From NCBI GenBank assembly GCA_937997605.1, contig CALLFD010000157.1, positions 1 through 56,958 of the forward strand: a stretch of DNA of 56,958 nt, given 5' to 3'. Below, one piece after another: positions 12,631-21,897 of this stretch (positions are counted from its first letter, which is position 1; each line of letters opens with the position of its first letter). This stretch comes from an uncultured Collinsella sp. (GTDB lineage Bacteria > Actinomycetota > Coriobacteriia > Coriobacteriales > Coriobacteriaceae). The notes under the pieces were generated by a model that saw nothing but the letters and a program-made list of their open reading frames with translations, did not search any database and was not told where the DNA came from. Both the position numbers and the translations under genes were made by a program.

Positions 12631-12634
12631 CGAC

Positions 12635-13173
12635 TGACCGCCAAGGGCCAAAATGGCCCCTCCATCCCCGGGCGACTGGCTCTGGCGCGCCGAGGAGTGT
12701 CCCCAAGTGCCGGCAGAAAAGAAACGTCCCTATCTGCCGGCTAGAGGGCACCGAAGAGGATGGCGTAGGTAGTGGATTCGCCGAGCTTGAGCTCGTCGCC
12801 GGGATTGAGTTGGGCGGAACGGCCGGGCTCGACCTGAATGCAGACGCGCGTGGCCCCGTTTACCACCACGGTTCCGTTGGTGGACGACAAGTCCTCGACG
12901 TGCCAGATATTTTGAGCATCGCACCAGATATGGGCATGGCGGGCCGAGACATCGTCGCCGACGTCGGTAATATCGCCCTCACCAGTGGCCAGCGCGCCAA
13001 TCTCAACACCCTGCTCACTCGGCTGAATCCAGCGCGGGGCGCTCACGACAAAACTGTTTTGCACGCGCAGCAAGCCCAAGGGGTGCGCCGGGGCGGGTTC
13101 GCGTTCGCCCGCGGTCATCGACATGCCAAGCGGACGCGGCGTGGATGTGCCTCCGCCACAGGTCGCGCGCGCG
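12635..13173. repeat. Right copy of ~540-bp direct repeat
   Basis: Matches 5890-6428. Confidence 0.95.
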
Positions 13174-13679
13174 TAGTCGATGGCATAGTTCACCGAGGAC
13201 CGCACATCCGCCGAACAACCGACGGCGACAAACAGCACCAGCACGGCCTCGGCGCGCTCGGCGGGCATGAGTTCCGCCGCCTGGGACAGGCGATCGAGCG
13301 CGTTGCGATAGAGATTCGTGTCCTGGTGGCACTCTTCGAGCGCGCGCACCATCGGTTCACCTGCAGGACCGCACACCATATTGATTACAGCCGTGGAGTC
13401 CATGGGATTGCACTGGCGCAGGGCCAGTTGCGACATAATACGCGCAGCCGAGGTACCGTATTCGGCAAAGTAGCGCTGCTGAAGCGTGCCGACCGGCGCG
13501 CGAACGATAAAGCGGGAAACCCAAGAGCGATCGGCGGCTCGGCTCTGCGGGCTGCGGCCGTCGGCGAGCGGACGGGACGAAAGCACCAAGCCGCACAGCT
13601 CGATATGGCTCAGATGCGCCGCGCGCTTAAAGATGTCAAACATGGCCCCGCATGGGGTGAGCTCAACTTGAGATGCCAT
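12741..13679 (-). CDS. FHA-domain protein
   Basis: C-terminal FHA motifs VSARHAHI, EDLSSTNGT and LNPGDELKLG. Immediately follows the kinase gene. Confidence 0.88.
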   Translation of the reverse strand: MASQVELTPCGAMFDIFKRAAHLSHIELCGLVLSSRPLADGRSPQSRAADRSWVSRFIVRAPVGTLQQRYFAEYGTSAARIMSQLALRQCNPMDSTAVINMVCGPAGEPMVRALEECHQDTNLYRNALDRLSQAAELMPAERAEAVLVLFVAVGCSADVRSSVNYAIDYARATCGGGTSTPRPLGMSMTAGEREPAPAHPLGLLRVQNSFVVSAPRWIQPSEQGVEIGALATGEGDITDVGDDVSARHAHIWCDAQNIWHVEDLSSTNGTVVVNGATRVCIQVEPGRSAQLNPGDELKLGESTTYAILFGAL

Positions 13680-13682
13680 GAC

Positions 13683-15527
13683 CTAGGCCTCCTTGGTCGT
13701 AGAAATAGAATCGGACGATACTTCGACAGGTCCGCCAAAAGTACGGGCAGCTGCGGCTCCACCGGCAAGCGGAGTCGCCATCTGGGCTTTTGTGCGTCGC
13801 GGTGCCGAAACGGGAAGTTCAAAGGCAAAGCCCATCGCAAGCAAAAACCACGTAAGCGTATAGGTTGCAACCAGAGCGGCAACAAGGCCGCCCGTCACGG
13901 CGCGTTGGGAAAATACGCTACATGCAGCCACAACCAGCACCGGAACCTCGCAGGCAGAAAGCGCAAGCACACCCTGCAGGAAGCCCGAGCGCCGATCGCG
14001 CGCAAGTGCCCCCGCCGCAACGCCGGCTATGCCTGGCAGCGCCAACGCCAGTGCGGCAATAATACCCGGTAGCGGCCCAGACCACACGAGCGATCCCAAA
14101 GTCGCCGTCACGCGAGCGCCCGACGCCAGCAGCGCGGCCGAAACCACGACCACAGCCCAAACCACGCCACAGACGACCGTCGCGCCGACCATCAGCGCGC
14201 GACGAACCGCGCGGCCGGACGCATCCATGGGGCACGGCGTGAGCGGCTCGCCGCGGAGCGAACGACCGACATTTTGCGCATAGTGGTCACAAAACGCCGA
14301 GAGCGCCGCCTCGACCGCCGCCGGCTCGGGACGATCTTTTTGATGGCTGGACAGACAGGCCATCACCACGTCGAACAGCTGGGCATCGACAAACGCCAGC
14401 GCATCGCATAGCTCTTCGGAATCCGGCTCAAGCCCTAGCTGCTGGGCCTGCTCGGCCGCAGCGAGCGCCACATCGGGCTCACGACGAAGCAGCTGAGTCA
14501 AATCACAACCGGGCGCATGGGCACCAATGGGATAGTCGGGCCGTGTGTCCATCTTGAGACGGTAGGGGCTCGCGATGTCGCGCGTCTTTTTGCGCGAACC
14601 CGAGGTGCCCGAAGTGCTCGGCGCGGCTTCGTATGGCGCGACGCCGGCAATGAGCTCGTAAACCGTGCTTGCCGCGGCGTAGACGTCAATCGCCGGTGAC
14701 ATACGCAAAGCGCGCAGGTCGGGAATATCGTCGGTGAGCATCTCGGGCGGGGCATAGGCAACCGTCGCGCGACGCAGCGTGGCATAACGCTCCGTAAACG
14801 ACGCCTTGCCGCCGGTACCGGCCACGGCCGACGCAGGCTCAAGCGCCAGCGACGAGCCAAAGTCGATCAGGCACAGGTCAAAGGTGCCCTCGGCAAGCTG
14901 CCGGTCAAGCGGTAGACGCGCCGTGCGCACCATAATATTAGCGGGCGAGATATCGCGATGGACAAAGCCCTCACCCACCAGGCTCATACGGCAGAGCAGA
15001 TCGAACAGGTCGCGACCCAGACGCGCCGCCACAAGCGGCGACAGGCGTCCGGCATCGTCCACGGCAAGTCGCGAACGCAAGCGGGCAAGCGTCTCGCCCT
15101 CGACCCATTCCATGACAATTGCAGGCACACCGTCGACCTCGCCCCAGCCATAGAGGCGGGGAAAGCCCTTAAGGCCCGAAAGGGCGCGATGGCATTCGTA
15201 TTCCTCGCGAAACGCCGCCTTGAACTTGGCGACCAGCGCCTCGTGAGCGGCATCGTCATCAAACTCATCGCGCGTCGGCAAGATGAGCTGCTTGAGTGCC
15301 ACTGCCTCGCCTTGGGCGTTGACGGCACGCGTCACGCGGCCGATACCGCCACGGCGCATGGTGGCATCGTCGGCAAACAGCATCGTAAAACGACGCAGAT
15401 AGGTAGGCAGTTCGTCCTGACCGAGCGCAATGGCCGGCTCAAACCCGTCGACACGCGCCAGGCGCAGGCCGACCATGGGATCGCGACCGAGCGATTGTGG
15501 TGTGGTAGATGCAAGATCGGTCATCAT
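13683..15527 (-). CDS. Hanks-type Ser/Thr protein kinase with C-terminal TM helices
   Basis: GGIGRV, VALK, VMEWV, HRDISPANI, DFG, YAPPE, DVYA; several hydrophobic segments in the C-terminal third. Confidence 0.9.
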   Translation of the reverse strand: MMTDLASTTPQSLGRDPMVGLRLARVDGFEPAIALGQDELPTYLRRFTMLFADDATMRRGGIGRVTRAVNAQGEAVALKQLILPTRDEFDDDAAHEALVAKFKAAFREEYECHRALSGLKGFPRLYGWGEVDGVPAIVMEWVEGETLARLRSRLAVDDAGRLSPLVAARLGRDLFDLLCRMSLVGEGFVHRDISPANIMVRTARLPLDRQLAEGTFDLCLIDFGSSLALEPASAVAGTGGKASFTERYATLRRATVAYAPPEMLTDDIPDLRALRMSPAIDVYAAASTVYELIAGVAPYEAAPSTSGTSGSRKKTRDIASPYRLKMDTRPDYPIGAHAPGCDLTQLLRREPDVALAAAEQAQQLGLEPDSEELCDALAFVDAQLFDVVMACLSSHQKDRPEPAAVEAALSAFCDHYAQNVGRSLRGEPLTPCPMDASGRAVRRALMVGATVVCGVVWAVVVVSAALLASGARVTATLGSLVWSGPLPGIIAALALALPGIAGVAAGALARDRRSGFLQGVLALSACEVPVLVVAACSVFSQRAVTGGLVAALVATYTLTWFLLAMGFAFELPVSAPRRTKAQMATPLAGGAAAARTFGGPVEVSSDSISTTKEA

Positions 15528-16429
15528 AGGGCAAGCGCCGCCACGTTATTGTTGAAGTTACCGAGCGCGACGTCATCATCGCCGTAATGGCCGACCCATT
15601 GACATAGGTTGGTGTAACAGCCCCACAGATTGGCATACTGCTGATACCACTTTGACCGGGGCGAGAATGTCTGACGACCGAACTCGGCTCGAATGACAAA
15701 CATCTCCCCGACCAGGCTGTCGCACGGCCTGGGATCTCCCGTAGAGTTATAGGTCGAGACCACGTCATTGGCACGAGAAACATAGCCGTCGAGCATGTTG
15801 TACTTGGTCACAAGCCAACTGTGAATGCTCTCTTCCTCAGCAGCGGAAAGGCCGCCGGAGTTTGCATCGTTGTCAGTGTTGCCGCCCGTCGAGCCGCCGT
15901 TTCCAGGCCCTCCGGTAGAGGAACCCGACCCAGAGCCGCCGCCCGAACTCGATGAATCCGAGCCGGAGCCAGAAGTATCCGAGCTACCGGGCTTTCCGGA
16001 CTGCTGGGCGTCCTGCTCCTTTTGCTGCTCGACCTTATTCACCGTTGCCGCCACGCTATTGTTGGACAATCGATCGATGATCTTGGTGTTGGTGAGCACG
16101 ATGGTTTTGCCATTGGCAAGCGTGACTTCGTTGTCCGGGGCCTCGGCGCCGTCCGCATCGTCGGTGCCAAACACAATATGCCCGACCACACTTGCCCAAG
16201 CATATCCAGTCGTGGTGCCCAGATCGCTTTTGGCCTCATGCCCCACGCGCGGTTCGCGTGCGGCATGCGCCTGCATCATGGACGGCACGGTCATGCCATA
16301 GGCAGAAACGCCAGCTATGACCAGCACCAGCGAGCACGATAGCAGTGCGTACGCCCGCGGCGCCAAGCCCAGTCGGCGTCGTATGCGCACCGCGGCGCCG
16401 CGCTTTGTCTGAGTGCCACCGGGCCGCAT
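15524..16429 (-). CDS. Membrane-anchored or secreted protein with a Gly/Ser-rich linker
   Basis: Basic N-terminus, one TM segment, G/S low-complexity linker, small helical C-terminal domain. GAGGAG RBS before ATG 16429. Overlaps the kinase start. Confidence 0.75.
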   Translation of the reverse strand: MRPGGTQTKRGAAVRIRRRLGLAPRAYALLSCSLVLVIAGVSAYGMTVPSMMQAHAAREPRVGHEAKSDLGTTTGYAWASVVGHIVFGTDDADGAEAPDNEVTLANGKTIVLTNTKIIDRLSNNSVAATVNKVEQQKEQDAQQSGKPGSSDTSGSGSDSSSSGGGSGSGSSTGGPGNGGSTGGNTDNDANSGGLSAAEEESIHSWLVTKYNMLDGYVSRANDVVSTYNSTGDPRPCDSLVGEMFVIRAEFGRQTFSPRSKWYQQYANLWGCYTNLCQWVGHYGDDDVALGNFNNNVAALAL

Positions 16430-16674
16430 GCGTTCTCCTCCAACAAAAACACGCCGCTCAGAAGCGGCGCATTCATTCAAATCCATATTTGAGTGTATCA
16501 GCGAACCCAAAAGGCTGCGCAACGAATGGGCAAATTAAGGATGCGAGCGGAAGCATCCATGCGATAAGCGGATACGAAGCATCTTTGTTGCACAACAAAC
16601 TCACAGTCGCACGGGGAAATTATGACCACCCCGTGAGTCGCGAGGAAAACATACAGCAGGAGCAGGCTCGCCAC

Positions 16675-17271
16675 CTAAATCGCGCGACGGGCCTCTATGG
16701 CGCGGCCAAGCGTAAGCTCGTCGGCATACTCCAAGTCGCCGCCCACGGGAAGGCCGCTTGCCAGACGCGACACCTCGACGCCCAGCGGCTTGATAGTGCG
16801 GGCCAGGTAGCTCGCCGTGGTCTCGCCCTCAATATTGGGGTTGGTGGCGATGATGACCTCATGGATATCCTCGTGACCCAGACGCGCCAGCAGCTCGCGG
16901 ATGTGCAACTGCTCGGGACCAATCTTGTCCATGGGGCTGATCACGCCGCCCAGCACATGGTACAGGCCATGGTAGCTGCCCGTGCGCTCGATTGCCTGGA
17001 CGTCGCGCGGCTCGCCCACCACGCAAATACGAGTGGTATCGCGCATCGGGTCCTGGCAGATGGAGCACTCGTCGGCCGTGGCGTAGTTAAAGCAACGGCT
17101 GCAAAAGTGGACCTCCTGCTTGACCTCCAGGATGGCCTCGGCCAGGCGGCGGGCCTCCTCGGCATCGGCCTCGAGCAGGTAATAGGCGATGCGCTGGGCC
17201 GACTTGGGACCAATGCCCGGCAGACGGCCCAGCTCATCGAGCAGTTTTTGCAGGCTGTGATTCGCACTCAT
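16675..17271 (-). CDS. recR: Recombination mediator RecR
   Basis: [11 protein letters not shown]hH motif, C4 zinc finger, TOPRIM motif [24 protein letters not shown]. Confidence 0.98.
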   Translation of the reverse strand: MSANHSLQKLLDELGRLPGIGPKSAQRIAYYLLEADAEEARRLAEAILEVKQEVHFCSRCFNYATADECSICQDPMRDTTRICVVGEPRDVQAIERTGSYHGLYHVLGGVISPMDKIGPEQLHIRELLARLGHEDIHEVIIATNPNIEGETTASYLARTIKPLGVEVSRLASGLPVGGDLEYADELTLGRAIEARRAI

Positions 17272-17284
17272 ATATATGCGTGTC

Positions 17285-17605
17285 TTAGAACGGCATGCCC
17301 GGGATGTTGAGGCCGCCGGTGATGGCGCCCATCTGCTTGTTGGCGAGCTCGTTGACGCCGCGGACGGCCTCGTTGACGGCAGCCATGATCATGTCCTGCA
17401 GCATATCGACGTCCTCGGGATCGAGGGCATCGGGATCGATGGTGAGGTTGACGAGCTCCATCTCGCCGTTAACGGTCACCTTGACCATGCCGCCGCCGGC
17501 AGAGGCGTCGACGGTCTGGGACTTGAGGTTCTCCTGCGCGGCGGCAAGCTGCTCCTGCATCTTGCGAGCCTGCTTCATCATCTGCTGCATGTTCATACCG
17601 GCCAT
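17285..17605 (-). CDS. ybaB: YbaB/EbfC nucleoid-associated protein
   Basis: [31 protein letters not shown]; located upstream of recR. Confidence 0.96.
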   Translation of the reverse strand: MAGMNMQQMMKQARKMQEQLAAAQENLKSQTVDASAGGGMVKVTVNGEMELVNLTIDPDALDPEDVDMLQDMIMAAVNEAVRGVNELANKQMGAITGGLNIPGMPF

Positions 17606-17945
17606 GATGGCTCCTTTACGTGCGGCCGCACGCCGAGCTGCAAGGGCAGCCGGAGCACGGCGGGACTTTCAAACTCAAAAATCGTACCACGGCGCGCGGC
17701 CAGCAAGCGGGGCAGTCACGCTACCTCAGTCGATATACATGTCCTGGAGTGCAAGCCGCACCCGAAGATTATGCAAAGTTGAATAATTCGCATCTGCATA
17801 ATATTGAAAGCTAAATCTTGTAGAGCCGGAATCCGACATTTCATGTGCACCGCTAAAGACCTGCATGCCGATCCGTTGCTCACGGTGACGCGCATGGCAG
17901 CGGGGTATAATTTGATTGCCATAGATAGTAATTTGGAGGTGCCCC

Positions 17946-18419
17946 ATGAATGCCCCCAACGCGCTCCAAAACATCCGCTCAAAACACCCCGTTGCATATG
18001 TGGTTCTCTATCTCTTTGTCGGCTGGGCATTGCTGGTTGTCATCACCCATGCTATAGCCTTTGGAGCAGAACTGCTGGTAGCCAGCTCGGATAAGCCCAT
18101 TGTCAAATGGGAGGCGACCGACGAGTGCGTCGACGGAACCCGAACCGTTTACTACAACAGCCCGTCCCTCTACCAAGAGCTCAAGGTCGAGATTACTAAC
18201 TCCAAGATTGTCGATGCCGAGCTAGGCGACTATTTGACAATCGGAGCAACCGTCGACGCCGAGCAAGTCGAGCACACAGACAGCCATGCGACGTATCGTA
18301 TCGACCTCAACATCCTAGGCCGGCCGTCGCGCACCTGTCTGCTCAAATGCGACATACGCGGCACCACACTACACATGTCCGAAATACAGATGCGCCCGGA
18401 CAAGGGGTCCTCTTCTTGA
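17946..18419 (+). CDS. Hypothetical single-TM protein between dnaX and ybaB
   Basis: GGAGG RBS with TATAAT upstream; N-terminal TM helix and beta-rich remainder; opposite strand to its neighbours. Confidence 0.7.
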   Translation: MNAPNALQNIRSKHPVAYVVLYLFVGWALLVVITHAIAFGAELLVASSDKPIVKWEATDECVDGTRTVYYNSPSLYQELKVEITNSKIVDAELGDYLTIGATVDAEQVEHTDSHATYRIDLNILGRPSRTCLLKCDIRGTTLHMSEIQMRPDKGSSS

Positions 18420-18440
18420 GCAGTATACCCGCCCGTACGG

Positions 18441-20930
18441 CTACTCCACCGGCTTGAAGATGGTGGCCTGGCCAAAGACGCTGCGGATGAGGGCCTTGGC
18501 CTCGTCCTCGGTCTGCGGGATGCTCGGGGCTGCGCCCTGATGGCCGAAGGGGCTGCCAGCACCGGGATTGGATTCCCAGGGAGCGGCGGGGACGTCGTCG
18601 TTTGCAGAGGCTGCGGGTGCCACAGCAGCGGCCTTGGTCGCGGACGCCGCACCCGGCACGTCGAACGGGGGCAGATCGTCCCCGCCGGCATCGGCAGCAA
18701 AACCACCGACCATAGCATCGTCGTAGGGCACCTGCTCGGATTCCCATGGCGCAGCCTGCGCAGGCGGCTGAGCCATGGGGACGGACGCGCGCTCGGGCGC
18801 TCGGGGCGCGGGCTCGGTCGGGAGCTTGCCCGTGGCAGGAGCACCGGCAGGGTTGTCGGAGCGCAGCCAGGGGGCTTTGCCCAGGTCAGACGACTTGGGC
18901 GCGGGCGAGACGGGCTTGAGCGCGGGTGTCGGAGCAGCCGGTTTGGGCGCTGCGGGCTTAGGCGCCAACGGGGTCGATGCCGCTACCGGCGCCGCTTGCT
19001 GCTGCGGCGCGCTGGCGCTCGAGGATACAGGGGCCGCCGAGGACACGGGTTGCGGGTCCGCAGATGCCGCAGCCCGTGCAGATGGAGAATGCTCCTCATG
19101 TTGAGGAGCCGGCGTGCCACCCCCATCCAGGACATAGTCGACGGTACGACGACCGAAGACCGCGCAGACCGTCGGCAGGACCACCGATTGCGTGTCAGCG
19201 CGGCCGAGCATCTTGATGGCAAAGGTCGAACCCGCGGGGAACGAGACGGTGAGCTTGGAGCCGTCGTCGGCCGTGGCGCGGGCGTTGAGCAAAAGCCCTG
19301 CGTAGGAAGCCTGACGCGCCTTGACACGCTCGACGACCTCGGCCCATTTGCGCTGCAGCTCTCCGGCATCCTCGACCGCGGGCGTCTCGGCAGCACCGGC
19401 GGCGGCAACCTGGGCGGCATTGTTGGACTGGGGCTTAGGTGCCGGAGCGGTGGCAGGCGCGGGGGCAGCAACGGGCTGAGGCGTCGAAGCCGGCGCAGGC
19501 TGAGGTGCAGGCGCTGCAGACTTGGAAGCTGACACGGACGCAGAACGGGGAGCAGGCTGGGCAGCCGGAACAGCAGCGCCGCGGTCCCAAGGCATGCCAC
19601 CCTGATGCGCGGACGTAGCAGCGGGGGCAGCGGATGCCGCCGGAGCGGCAGCACGGGCGCCCGAAATGAGCGTCGGCTGTTGGGCAGCAGCGGGTACGGA
19701 TGCTGCAGGCGCGGCGGCCTGAGCAGCAGCCACGCTCGCCGGCACGGCGGCATTGGCAACCATGGCCTCCAGGCGTGCCACGCGCTCGGCCAATGCCTCA
19801 ATCGTTATATCAGCCTCGGGACGTGCCAGACGCGTGCAGGCAATCTCGAGCACCAGGCGCACGTCGCTCGCGCCCCTCATCTCCAGTGCGGCATCGTCAA
19901 GCACTGTCAGCACACGGGCCAGGCGGTCGGCAGGATGCTCGCCAAAGGCAGCGGCCTCGGCAGCAAGCGCCTCGGCCTGCTCGGAGCCGCCCTCAAACAA
20001 CTCGGCACGGGCACCGGCAACGCAGGCAACATACACGTCGCGCACGTGCGCCACCAGGTCGCGCGTCAGCTCCAGCAGATCGTTACCTTCCTCGACCTGC
20101 GCGCGAATAAGTCCATACAGCTCGGCAACATCGCGATCGGCAATGGCGCGGGAAAACTCGCCCAGAATCTGGTCCGAAACCTCGCCTAAAAGCGAGCGGG
20201 CGTCGTCCGCATGCACAGAACCGTTGCCAAAGACGCTCAGCTGCTCCAGCGTGGACAACGCGTCGCGCATGCCGCCCTTTGCATGGCGCGCCACGATAGC
20301 CAGCGCCTCGTCGTCGTAATCGAAGCCCTCCTGCTCGCACACGTATGCCAGGCGATGCTCGATATCCTCGTTGCCGATGCGGTGGAAATCGAAGCGCTGG
20401 CAGCGCGAGAGGATGGTCTCCAGAATCTTTTGCGGGTCGGTGGTGCACAGCACAAAAATCACGTGCGCCGGCGGCTCCTCGAGCGTCTTGAGCAGCGCGT
20501 TGAACGCCGCCGTCGTGAGCATGTGGACCTCGTCGATGATATAGATCTTGTACTTGCCGCGCACCGGGGCAAAGTTGACGGAGTTGATGATCTCCTCGCG
20601 CACGTTGTCCACGCCGGTACGGCTTGCAGCATCGAGCTCGTAGACATCCGGGTGGTTGCCCTCGGCGATGAGCTCGCACTCCTCGCAAGTGCCGTCGGGC
20701 ATGCAGCCGCTTGCACCCTCGGCGCGCGCCGCCTCGGCATTGCGGCACAGCAGCGCCTTGGCAAGGATGCGCGCCATGGTGGTCTTGCCCGTGCCGCGCG
20801 GTCCGCAGAACAGGTAGGCGTGGGACAGGCGCCCCTCGGTGATGGCGTGCTCGAGCGTCGAGACGATATGCTGCTGGCCCACCACGGAGTCGAAGGTGAG
20901 CGGGCGATACTTTCGGTACAACGATTCCAT
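18441..20930 (-). CDS. dnaX: DNA polymerase III subunit gamma/tau
   Basis: LYRKYRP, GPRGTGKT, DAASRTGVD, IIDEVHML, LKTLEEPP, TILSRC; long Pro/Ala-rich C-terminal linkers. Start at MESLYRK. Confidence 0.97.
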   Translation of the reverse strand: MESLYRKYRPLTFDSVVGQQHIVSTLEHAITEGRLSHAYLFCGPRGTGKTTMARILAKALLCRNAEAARAEGASGCMPDGTCEECELIAEGNHPDVYELDAASRTGVDNVREEIINSVNFAPVRGKYKIYIIDEVHMLTTAAFNALLKTLEEPPAHVIFVLCTTDPQKILETILSRCQRFDFHRIGNEDIEHRLAYVCEQEGFDYDDEALAIVARHAKGGMRDALSTLEQLSVFGNGSVHADDARSLLGEVSDQILGEFSRAIADRDVAELYGLIRAQVEEGNDLLELTRDLVAHVRDVYVACVAGARAELFEGGSEQAEALAAEAAAFGEHPADRLARVLTVLDDAALEMRGASDVRLVLEIACTRLARPEADITIEALAERVARLEAMVANAAVPASVAAAQAAAPAASVPAAAQQPTLISGARAAAPAASAAPAATSAHQGGMPWDRGAAVPAAQPAPRSASVSASKSAAPAPQPAPASTPQPVAAPAPATAPAPKPQSNNAAQVAAAGAAETPAVEDAGELQRKWAEVVERVKARQASYAGLLLNARATADDGSKLTVSFPAGSTFAIKMLGRADTQSVVLPTVCAVFGRRTVDYVLDGGGTPAPQHEEHSPSARAAASADPQPVSSAAPVSSSASAPQQQAAPVAASTPLAPKPAAPKPAAPTPALKPVSPAPKSSDLGKAPWLRSDNPAGAPATGKLPTEPAPRAPERASVPMAQPPAQAAPWESEQVPYDDAMVGGFAADAGGDDLPPFDVPGAASATKAAAVAPAASANDDVPAAPWESNPGAGSPFGHQGAAPSIPQTEDEAKALIRSVFGQATIFKPVE

Positions 20931-21045
20931 GGGTGCTCCCCCGGGTATACTGAGTCTTGTTGCCGCGGCGGCCAAGCGGTCGCACGGCATACTGCATTCA
21001 TAATAACCCGTACGGCGAGCCCGCCGCGATAGGAGTCCAAAGAGC

Positions 21046-21753
21046 ATGGCAGACGCAGAGAGCAACCTCGTTCCCTCCGAAGCAGCCGACCAGGTCGAGG
21101 TCGCGCTCGAGGAGCAGGCCGCAGCCGACGACGGCATCCTGTACCTCAACGAGTACCAGTACGAAAACGACCTGGTCACCGACTTCGCCCGCCTGGTCGC
21201 CTCGCCCAGGCGTCGCGGCTCGCTGTATGTCGCCGCCGCGATTGCCGCGCTCATCGGCATCGGCATGCTGGTGACCGGCGGCAACTGGATCAAGTTTGGC
21301 GTCGTCCTGATCGTATTCGGCGCCTTTTTGGCCTGGTGGAGCAAAAACCTGCACCACACCCTCGCCCGCGACTTTATCGACGCCGTCGAGGCCGACGAGT
21401 CCATGGGTGGCCGCTATCGCCGCGTCGCCGCCAACGAGGACGGCCTGATGGTTTGGGGCAAGAGCGGCAAGTCGCAGTTCTTCCCGTTTGAGAAGCTCGA
21501 CCACGTACTCGACGGCGAGCGCATCTTTGTGGCCATGTTCGCCGACCAGGGCGTGACGATCCCTAAGGACACCTTTGTTCGCGGCGATGCCGAGCAGTTT
21601 GGCACCTTCCTTAAGGCGCGCATCAACAAAAAACTCCGCATCGAGACCAAGAAGAAGAAAATGAAGGCAGAAAAGGCCGCCGCCGAAGCCAAACAGGGCG
21701 ACAAGCCCCAGGAGACCAAGCGCAAGCAGAAGAAGAACAAGAAAAAGCGCTAA
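21046..21753 (+). CDS. YcxB-like two-TM membrane protein
   Basis: Two TM helices, then a small beta domain ending IPKDTF, then a Lys-rich tail. Confidence 0.65.
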   Translation: MADAESNLVPSEAADQVEVALEEQAAADDGILYLNEYQYENDLVTDFARLVASPRRRGSLYVAAAIAALIGIGMLVTGGNWIKFGVVLIVFGAFLAWWSKNLHHTLARDFIDAVEADESMGGRYRRVAANEDGLMVWGKSGKSQFFPFEKLDHVLDGERIFVAMFADQGVTIPKDTFVRGDAEQFGTFLKARINKKLRIETKKKKMKAEKAAAEAKQGDKPQETKRKQKKNKKKR

Positions 21754-21897
21754 GGCCAAGCCAGGCAGGCAGCCTCGCATCCCGCTATCCTCCCCATGCA
21801 CCCGAGCGTGCTACACTAGCAGCATCTATGCCACCGCGAACGGCTCGGCCCCGCGCCCGCCGCTCGCAAACGAACTTTAAACGCACGAGGGTTGGCC

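Larger units (their letters stand above)
6429..12634. mobile_element. Lower-GC genomic island carrying a RiPP cluster, bounded by long direct repeats, with no integrase
   Basis: Abrupt shift to AT-richer sequence and codon usage. Flanked by repeats 5890-6428 and 12635-13173. Confidence 0.75.

Noticed and set aside
20931..21404. 158-aa N-terminal extension of dnaX in the ORF track
   Set aside because: DnaX similarity starts at MESLYRKYRP, and the extension overlaps the plus-strand YcxB-like gene.
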